Below, in pieces: positions 57,112 to 64,000 of a DNA stretch of 64,000 bases. The stretch is from assembly GCA_963716255.1 (NCBI GenBank), contig OY970303.1:3904001-3968000 (forward strand), given 5' to 3'. The notes under the pieces were generated by a model. It worked only from the letters and a program-made list of their open reading frames with translations. It was not told the DNA's origin and did no database searches. The position numbers and the translations under genes are program-made. How positions within the stretch are numbered: the first letter of the stretch is position 1; the number at the start of each line of letters is the position of its first letter. This stretch comes from an uncultured Gemmatimonadales bacterium. Its GTDB lineage: Bacteria > Gemmatimonadota > Gemmatimonadetes > Longimicrobiales > Longimicrobiaceae.

Positions 57112-58304
57112 GTGGGGCACCACGAGTGAGTTGATGGGGTATCCTTCGGCTTTGGGTACGCAGTTGTACAGGAGCCGAAGGATGACGAAGCGGTACAAGG
57201 TGAAGCTGACGGAGCAGGAGCGCAGCGATCTGCTTGTGCTCACGCGCAAGGGGAAGGCAAGCGCGCGGCGGATCAAACGCGCTCTGGTGGTGCTGCGCTC
57301 CGACGAGGGTGCCACGGACGAGCAGATCGTCGCGGGCGTGGGCGTCGGGGTCGCTACGGTGGAGCGCATCCGCAAGCGCTTCGTGGAAGAAGGGCTGGAG
57401 GCGGCTCTCTCAGAGAAACCCCGCCCGCCGATGCCGCCGAAGCTGACAGGCAAAGCGGAGGCCCTGCTCCTGGCGCTGGCCTGCAGCGACGTGCCTGGTG
57501 GGCGCGCCCGCTGGAGCATGCAGATGCTCGCGGACCGGCTGGTGGAACTGGGGGCGGTGGACTCGATCTCGGATGAGACGGTGCGCCGCACGCTCAAAAA
57601 AGCAAGACGAAGCCGTGGCAGCGCCAGCAGTGGCTGATCCCGGAGATCACGGCCGAATTCGTCTGGCGGATGGAGGACGTGCTCGACCTGTATGCAGAGC
57701 CGAACGACCCGAAGCGGCCGCGTGTGGCCTTTGACGAGATGCCTCTGCAACTTCTGTCCGAGGTGCGCATGCCGCTGCCGGCGCGACCGGGGCAGGCCGA
57801 GCGGTTCGACTACGAGTACCGGCGCGAAGGCACGTGCAACCTCTTCCTCTTCTTCAGCCCCGACACCGCCTGGCGAGAGGTCAAGGTCACGCAGCGGCGC
57901 ACCGCGATCGACTTCGCCCACTGCATGCGGGATCTGGTGGACGTGCATTTTCCGGAGGCGGAGAAGGTCCGCGTGGTGCTGGACAACCTGAACACGCACA
58001 CGCCGGCCTCGCTCTACCAGGCGTTCGCGCCCGAGGAAGCAAGCCGGATCGCAAAGCGCCTGGAGTTGCACCACACGCCCAAGCATGCAAGCTGGTTGAA
58101 CATGGCCGAGGTGGAGTTCTCCGTGCTCGGCACTCAATGCTTGGACCGGCGCCTGCCCAGCATGGAAGTCGTGCAGCGTGAAACCGCCGTCTGGTGCCGC
58201 GACCGCAACGGCAGCAAGGCCACGATTCAGTGGCGTTTCACAACCGCCAAGGCTCGGGAGAAGTTCTCCTCCCGATACCCATCACCTCAGCCGGGGTGAT
58301 CCAC
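57112..58304 (+). mobile_element. IS630-family insertion sequence
   Basis: Imperfect TIRs (TA)GTGGGGCACCACG / (TA)GTGGATCACCCCG; TA duplication within CTAG; visibly lower GC than flanks. Confidence 0.92.
57182..58299 (+). CDS. IS630 transposase (HTH orfA plus DDE orfB joined by a -1 frameshift at 57595-57602)
   Basis: orfA ends ...TVRRTLKK; C-AAA-AAA-G slip site; orfB has KPW...W, FDE, LDNLNTH and SWLNMAE. Confidence 0.9.
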
Positions 58305-59182
58305 TAGTCGCCGGTCGTCGTCGCCGGCTCGTGCAGGGCCGCGGACGGCTCCTCTTCGTGGCGGGTGCGGCGCTCGGGGAGCGGGATCTCGTACAGGTAG
58401 TACATCTCCCCCACGTTTTCTTTGCGCAGCAGCGCCAGCGACACGTTGAACACCGGCACGCCGCCCGGGGTCTTTCCCTGGAAGGTGCCCACGTGGGCGT
58501 GGCCGTGGAAGGCCACCGCGGCGCCGTAGCGGTCCAGCGGCTCGGCCAGGCGGTCGGTGCCCAGGAAGGGAAAGATCACCTCGGGCTCGCCCATCACCGT
58601 GTCGATGACCGGAGCGTAGTGCAGCACCACCACGCGGATGGGGGTGGCCAGCTTGCGCAGCGCCAGCTCCAGCTTCTTGACCTCTTCCTGGGTGCAGTCC
58701 ACGAACGCCTTGGTGGCCGCCTCCCCGAAGGCGGTGAGCGTCCCCCGCCCGAAGCCGCCCATGAACCCCTTGGTGCCGGCGAACCCCACCTGGTCGTTGA
58801 GCTCGAAGGTGTCGCCGTCCAGGACGTGCACCCCGCGCTCGCGCAGGATGGCGTGTGCCTCGGCCAGGTGCCCGGACTCGTGGTCGTGGTTGCCCAGCAC
58901 CGCCACGATGGGGACCTTGACGTCCGCCAGCTCGCCGATCACCACCCGCATCTCCGCGGGCGTCCCCCAGCGTGTCAGGTCGCCGGCCAGCACCAGCACG
59001 TCCGCTTCCTGGTTCGCCCGGGCGAACAGCGCCCGGTAGGCGCCCGCGTCCTGTTCTCCGCAGTGGAAGTCGCCCACCGCGGCGATGCGCACCGTGCGGG
59101 CGCCGTCGCTGCGGCGCCGGTTGGCCGCCCCGCGTGCCTCCGGGGCGCCCGCCGGTCCCGTCCCCGTTCCGTTTCCGTCCAT
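58304..59182 (-). CDS. Metallophosphoesterase
   Basis: Motifs GDFH, GDLT, GNHD, LHYAP and HGHAH. Confidence 0.9.
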   Translation of the reverse strand: MDGNGTGTGPAGAPEARGAANRRRSDGARTVRIAAVGDFHCGEQDAGAYRALFARANQEADVLVLAGDLTRWGTPAEMRVVIGELADVKVPIVAVLGNHDHESGHLAEAHAILRERGVHVLDGDTFELNDQVGFAGTKGFMGGFGRGTLTAFGEAATKAFVDCTQEEVKKLELALRKLATPIRVVVLHYAPVIDTVMGEPEVIFPFLGTDRLAEPLDRYGAAVAFHGHAHVGTFQGKTPGGVPVFNVSLALLRKENVGEMYYLYEIPLPERRTRHEEEPSAALHEPATTTGD

Positions 59183-60120
59183 CACGCCGTCTCCTCCTCG
59201 TCGGGCGCCTCCCCCGGGACCTGGGATTCGATGGTGTCCCTGGCGCGCTCGTCCCACACGTCGGCGGCCTCGATCGCGCGGATCTCCTCGCTCGCCTTCA
59301 TCTCGCGGATGGCTTCGTCGCGCAGGTCGTGGAAGCCCCACTCGTTGACGTCGATGGCGAAGCTGAAGCGGGAGATCAGCGTTCCCCGCGTGGCCGTCTC
59401 GCTGGGCAGCTCGTGCCCCGTTTCCGCGCGGGCGCGCTCCAGCAGGTTCGCCAGGACCCAGTCCGGGACGCGGCTGCGGTAGCCCGGGTACACGTAGTAG
59501 AACATCTGCAGCTGCGCGAGGAGCAGCGGCCAGTGCGGCCCCGTCTTGTCCACCAGGCGCTGCCAGTCCAGCGTGTCGCCCACGCACAGGATGAGGTGAG
59601 CGATGTCCGCCATGTCCTGGCGGTGCCGCTCGTTGATGAACAGCCGGTGCCAGATCAGCTCCTCCGCAGGGGCCACGCGCACCGGCGTGGCGGCCAGGAT
59701 GGCGGGGGTGCTGTGGCGGTACCAGTCGGGGTCGATCAGCGCCAGCCCGTTCCCCATCCCGTAGATGATGTCCACGAAGAAGGGGTCGTCGATGGCCTTG
59801 GCCAGCCAGTGCGACTGCGCCAGCTTGGTGCGGAAGCCGGCCGCGCGCAGCGCCTGCATGGCGGGAACCACCTGCGACGGCTCCACGAACAGGTCCAGGT
59901 CCGTGGTCTTGCGGTAGATGCCGGTGTGCTCGTAGATGGCGTACGCCCCCGCCACCACGTACGGGACGCCGGCCTCGTTCAGGGTCCGCAGGGCGCGCTT
60001 GTAGATCTCCCGCTCATCCTCCGGGATCCAGAAGTCGCCGTGGGTGACGGACTTCGCCTCTTCCTTGGTGAGGTCCTGAAGGAACGGGAGGCGCTTGTCG
60101 CCGGTGGCTGTCTCGGGCAT
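59182..60120 (-). CDS. Nucleotidyltransferase family protein
   Basis: GAYA...TTDLDLF (pol-beta-like G..DxD); VDII. Confidence 0.85.
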   Translation of the reverse strand: MPETATGDKRLPFLQDLTKEEAKSVTHGDFWIPEDEREIYKRALRTLNEAGVPYVVAGAYAIYEHTGIYRKTTDLDLFVEPSQVVPAMQALRAAGFRTKLAQSHWLAKAIDDPFFVDIIYGMGNGLALIDPDWYRHSTPAILAATPVRVAPAEELIWHRLFINERHRQDMADIAHLILCVGDTLDWQRLVDKTGPHWPLLLAQLQMFYYVYPGYRSRVPDWVLANLLERARAETGHELPSETATRGTLISRFSFAIDVNEWGFHDLRDEAIREMKASEEIRAIEAADVWDERARDTIESQVPGEAPDEEETA

Positions 60121-60222
60121 GTCTCCTCGGAGGGCGATTAGGGTCTCGGGGGCGGGAAAGCAAGGATCGGGCCCCGCGCGGGGGCGTTTGCACCGCCGCC
60201 CGGGGGCGCGTATCTTTGCCCC

Positions 60223-60876
60223 ATGTTCGACGACCTCAAGAATCTGTTCTCGAAGACCTGGGACGCGTTCCAGGCGGAAGCCGGCCGCAGCGAGCCGGAG
60301 GACCAGGTGGCGGAGCTGCTCTCGGCCATGCGGCGCGAGATGGTGGAGGCGCGCGCCACCGTCCCCCTGCTGGAGGAGGCGGTGACGTCCGCGCGCGCCG
60401 CCCTGGAGCGCGAGCGCCGCGCCCTCGCCGACGTGGAGCGCCGGCGCGGCCTTGCCGAGCGCATCGCCGACGCGGAAACGGTGCGCGTGGCGGACGAGTT
60501 CGCCGCCAAGCACCGGGCGCGCATCGCCGTGCTGGAGGACAAGGTGCGCGCCGCCGAGGCGGAGCTGGAGCTGCGCCGGCGCGAGGTGACGGAGATGACG
60601 CGCCAGTACAAGGACGCGGACGCCAACCGCTTCGCCCTGCTGGCGCGCATTCGCACCACCCGCGCCCAGGGGCGCATGGGCGCCGCCCTGGGCGACGACG
60701 CGCCCCCCTTCGCGGACCTGGGCCGCATGGGCGAGACGCTGGACGAGCGCGCCCGCTACGCCGAGGCGCTGGACGAGCTGGAGGACCTGGACGCCCCCCC
60801 GCCCCCCCCGCGCCCCACCGCCTCCGACATGGAGGAGCGCCTGCGCGAGCTGAAGCGCCGCATGGGCCAGGAGTAG
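60223..60876 (+). CDS. PspA/IM30-like coiled-coil protein
   Basis: MFDDLKNLFS amphipathic start; long coiled coil; EERLRELKRRMG tail. Confidence 0.7.
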   Translation: MFDDLKNLFSKTWDAFQAEAGRSEPEDQVAELLSAMRREMVEARATVPLLEEAVTSARAALERERRALADVERRRGLAERIADAETVRVADEFAAKHRARIAVLEDKVRAAEAELELRRREVTEMTRQYKDADANRFALLARIRTTRAQGRMGAALGDDAPPFADLGRMGETLDERARYAEALDELEDLDAPPPPPRPTASDMEERLRELKRRMGQE

Positions 60877-60896
60877 CTCCCGCGGAGCGGGAGCAC

Positions 60897-60951
60897 GAAA
60901 AAGACAAAGGGCCCCGCCTCCCGTTCGGGAGGCGGGGCCCTTTGTCTTTTC
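60897..60951. terminator. Bidirectional intrinsic terminator
   Basis: AAAAGACAAAGGGCCCCGCCTCCCG-TT-CGGGAGGCGGGGCCCTTTGTCTTTT. Confidence 0.9.
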
Positions 60952-60958
60952 AGCAGTT

Positions 60959-61087
60959 GCGTGAGGGATTCTGGCCCGAAGGGGCGAGACCCGGCGGCAG
61001 TTTGCCGGGGCTCGACTCCGTTAGCCCGCGTTGTTTGCGGGCTTACGGAGCCGAAGCCCGACCCCCGCGTCAGCGGGGGTCACGCCC
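60959..61087 (-). repeat. Family A element, copy 13 (variant first hairpin)
   Basis: Match, with ACCCCCGC/GCGGGGGT replacing CCCCGGC/GCCGGGG; 13 bp after the stop. Confidence 0.93.
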
Positions 61088-61100
61088 AAACCGTCGTCAG

Positions 61101-61883
61101 CTAGAACCAGCCGCGATCGTACCCGCCGCGGTTGCGGTTCTGGTTCATCCCCCAGCTGCCCGGCCGGCCGCGGTTGGCGTCGTACGGGTCGTAGCCCGGG
61201 TCGCGGTCCATGCCGCGCATCATGTCGCGGTCGTAGCCCATGCCGGAGCCCGCCCCGTAGCCGCGGCCGAAGTCGCGGTCGTAGTTGCTCCCCATCATGC
61301 CGGAGCGGTCCTCGGCGTTCTGGAAGCCGCCGCGCATCATGCGGATGGGGGTCTGGCTGGCGCGGTCGCCGAAGGGGTCGCCGTTGTCGGTCTGCCAGCG
61401 GCCCTTGTAGTTGCGGTCGTACCCGCCGCCCATGTCCGGCGAGGCGCCCAGGGCGTTGCCGCGGTCGAAGTCGCGGTCGTAGTTCCAGGCGCCGCCGCCC
61501 ATCCCCGTCCCCATCCCGGGGCCGCGGCCGGAGTACCAGCCGCCGTCGCGGTCGAAGGTGTCGCGGTGGTCGCCCTCCGGACGGTTCAGCCCCTCGCGCT
61601 GCCAGTTGCCGCCGCCGGCCCCGTAGCCGCCGCTCCCCAGGTCGCGGTCGTACCCGGACGCGCCGAAGGTGCGCTCGCGGCCCCAGCCGTTGGGGTTGCC
61701 GTACGCGCCGCCGCGGTAGCCGTAGCCGCCGTCGTCGTCCCGGTCCATGGCGTCGTGGGCGGTGTTCTTCATCCGGTTCCAGCCCTGGCGCATGCGGTCG
61801 CCCAGGTCGCGGTCGCCGCCATGGTACCCGGCCCCGCCGCGGCCGCCGAAGTCACGGTCGTAGTTGCGGTCGAAGATCCCCAT
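61101..61883 (-). CDS. Gly/Arg/Asp/Tyr-rich low-complexity protein with YDRD repeats
   Basis: AAGGAGG RBS; about 10 (Y/F/M/G)DR(D/N) motifs; typical codon usage. Confidence 0.85.
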   Translation of the reverse strand: MGIFDRNYDRDFGGRGGAGYHGGDRDLGDRMRQGWNRMKNTAHDAMDRDDDGGYGYRGGAYGNPNGWGRERTFGASGYDRDLGSGGYGAGGGNWQREGLNRPEGDHRDTFDRDGGWYSGRGPGMGTGMGGGAWNYDRDFDRGNALGASPDMGGGYDRNYKGRWQTDNGDPFGDRASQTPIRMMRGGFQNAEDRSGMMGSNYDRDFGRGYGAGSGMGYDRDMMRGMDRDPGYDPYDANRGRPGSWGMNQNRNRGGYDRGWF

Positions 61884-62067
61884 TTCAGCCTCCTTGGTTC
61901 GGTTCAGGAACCCGTCGGCGCCCGTGCCGCGGGCATCCGGGGGAGTGACGGGGGTTGCAAGCTCCGGGCCATCCACGGCCCCGCTCTTGTCCGCCGGACC
62001 CGGGCCGCCTACGTTGTGCGGGCTGTTCCGGAAACGGATCTCCGACACCGACTTGAGCGCTCCCGCC

Positions 62068-63966
62068 ATGAACCAGTCCGCGGCCTCCATCCTCGCCTCC
62101 AGCCCCTTCTTCCAGGCCTTCGACGCGGACGAGACCGCCGTCCTCGCCGCCCTGGCGGAGGTGAAGCGCTGCCCGGCCGGCACCCACGTCTTCCGCGAGA
62201 GCCAGCCGCGCCGCGCCTTCGGCGTCCTGGTCTCGGGGCGCATCCGCATCGTCAAGGGGCTGCGCGGGCTCCCCGAGGTGCTCCACGTGCTGGTGCCGGG
62301 CGAGTCGTACGGCGAGGGGAGCCTGCTGGACGACTACCCGCACTCCACCTCCGGGGTGGTGAGCGAGGACGCGGAGATGCTGGAGATCCCCCGCGAGCAC
62401 ATCCGCGAGCTGGCCGGCGCCCGGCCCGCCCTGTTCGGCAAGCTGGCGCTGGCCGCCGCGCAGGTGATCTCCTCCCGGCTGCGGCACGCCAACGCCCGCC
62501 TTTCCGCGCGGGGGATGGGGTACCAGTCCGGCGAGCTGCGCGCCGAGCACGACCTGCTGGGCGAGCGGCAGCTGTCCGTGGACCTGTACTACGGCGTACA
62601 GACGCTGCGCGCGGTGGAGAACTTCCCCATCACCGGCATCCCCATCTCCCAGTACCCGTACCTGGTGAACGCGCTGGCCGCCGTCAAGGAGGGCGCCGCC
62701 GAGGCCAACCGCGACCTGGGGATCCTGGACCCCGGGGTGGCCGGCGCCATCGTGGACGCCTGCCGCGAGATCCGCGACGGGCGGCTGCACGAGCAGTTCG
62801 TGGTGGACGTGGTGCAGGGCGGGGCGGGGACCTCCACCAACATGAACGCCAACGAAGTGGTGGCCAACCGCGCGCTGGAGCTCCTGGGGCGCCGCAAGGG
62901 CGAGTACGACGTGGTGCACCCCAACAACCACGTCAACCTTTCCCAGTCCACCAACGACGTGTATCCCACCGCGGTCAAGATCGCCGCCGTGTGGGCGCTG
63001 CGCGACCTGGTGGGCGTGCTGGGCGAGCTGCGCGACGCCTTCCTGGAAAAGGGGCGCGAGTTCGGGGACGTGCTCAAGATGGGGCGCACCCAGCTCCAGG
63101 ACGCCGTCCCCATGACGCTGGGGCAGGAGTTCAACGCCTACGCCGTCACCATCGGCGAGGACATGGACCGCCTGGGCGAGGCCTCCGCGCTGATCCGCGA
63201 GATCAACATGGGCGCCACCGCCATCGGCACCGGCATCAACACCGACCCGCGCTACGCCGCCACCGTGCGCGACACCCTGGCCCGGTGCACGGGGCTGGAG
63301 CTGATCACCGCCCCCGACCTGGTGGAGGCCACGCAGGACACCGGCGCCTTCGTGCAGCTGTCCGGGGTGCTCAAGCGGGTGGCGGTGAAGCTTTCCAAGA
63401 TCTGCAACGACCTGCGGCTGCTTTCCTCCGGGCCGCGCGCCGGGCTCAACGAGATCAACCTGCCGGCCATGCAGCCCGGGTCGTCCATCATGCCGGGCAA
63501 GGTCAACCCCGTCATCCCCGAGGTGGTCAACCAGATCTGCTTCCAGGTGGTGGGCAACGACCTCACCATCACCATGGCCGCCGAGGCGGGGCAGCTCCAG
63601 CTCAACGTGTTCGAGCCGGTGATCGCCTTCAACCTGTTCCAGTCGGTGGACATGCTCACCCGCGGCGCCGTGGTGCTGCGGGAGCGGTGCGTGGTGGGGA
63701 TCACCGCCAACCGACAGCGGATGCTGGACATGGTGCACCATTCCATCGGGCTGGTGACCGCGCTGGTGCCGTACATCGGCTACGAGCGGTCGTCGGCCGT
63801 GGCCAAGGAGGCGCTGCAGACGGGGCGCGGCGTGTACGAGCTGGTGCGCGAGAAGGGGTGGCTGTCGCAGGAGCAGCTGGACGACATCCTGTCGCCGGAG
63901 GCCATGACCCATCCGCGTGCCATGCCGGCGGAGATTCCCGTTTCGCCGGAGCCGGTGGACAAGTGA
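62068..63966 (+). CDS. aspA: Aspartate ammonia-lyase with N-terminal cyclic-nucleotide-binding domain
   Basis: Aspartase motifs YYGVQTLRAVENF, QGGAGTS.NMN and GSSIMPGKVNP; N-terminal VFRE...G.I.I...GESYGE.SL (CRP-like). Confidence 0.9.
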   Translation: MNQSAASILASSPFFQAFDADETAVLAALAEVKRCPAGTHVFRESQPRRAFGVLVSGRIRIVKGLRGLPEVLHVLVPGESYGEGSLLDDYPHSTSGVVSEDAEMLEIPREHIRELAGARPALFGKLALAAAQVISSRLRHANARLSARGMGYQSGELRAEHDLLGERQLSVDLYYGVQTLRAVENFPITGIPISQYPYLVNALAAVKEGAAEANRDLGILDPGVAGAIVDACREIRDGRLHEQFVVDVVQGGAGTSTNMNANEVVANRALELLGRRKGEYDVVHPNNHVNLSQSTNDVYPTAVKIAAVWALRDLVGVLGELRDAFLEKGREFGDVLKMGRTQLQDAVPMTLGQEFNAYAVTIGEDMDRLGEASALIREINMGATAIGTGINTDPRYAATVRDTLARCTGLELITAPDLVEATQDTGAFVQLSGVLKRVAVKLSKICNDLRLLSSGPRAGLNEINLPAMQPGSSIMPGKVNPVIPEVVNQICFQVVGNDLTITMAAEAGQLQLNVFEPVIAFNLFQSVDMLTRGAVVLRERCVVGITANRQRMLDMVHHSIGLVTALVPYIGYERSSAVAKEALQTGRGVYELVREKGWLSQEQLDDILSPEAMTHPRAMPAEIPVSPEPVDK

Positions 63967-64000
63967 TATCCTGATCGGGGCAGGCTCTGTCGTGGGGGCC

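Overview
This is high-GC (roughly 70-75% by eye) bacterial chromosomal DNA. Gene content such as an NHL beta-propeller, an ECF-sigma/Ser-Thr kinase pair and LytS/LytTR modules suggests a Gemmatimonadota/Longimicrobium-like soil bacterium, but this is inference only. About 60 real CDSs are present; most other ORFs in the track are GC-rich shadow frames. Recognisable loci are PPK2, a kaiB-kaiC-histidine kinase operon, tesA/ybbA/ybbP-like genes, an esterase/ATP-grasp/cp-ATP-grasp/carboxylate-amine ligase/C26 hydrolase cluster, a LysR-AKR-AKR-RibD block, a PheRS-like ligase, topoisomerase IB, an intact IS630, a nucleotidyltransferase-metallophosphoesterase pair and a cNMP-aspartase fusion. The most notable unexplained signals are: (1) a ~130-bp structured intergenic element in 13 copies with compensatory stem changes and a strong 3'-UTR orientation bias, plus a second family built from the same GAGCC-stem-loop-GTCTC module; (2) a secreted CS-alpha/beta defensin-like peptide; (3) an unannotated 6S-like RNA; (4) a leader-peptide attenuator upstream of the PheRS-like gene; and (5) a His-less pseudokinase paired with an intact LytS-type kinase. 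All family assignments come from motif recognition by eye; no database searches were run.
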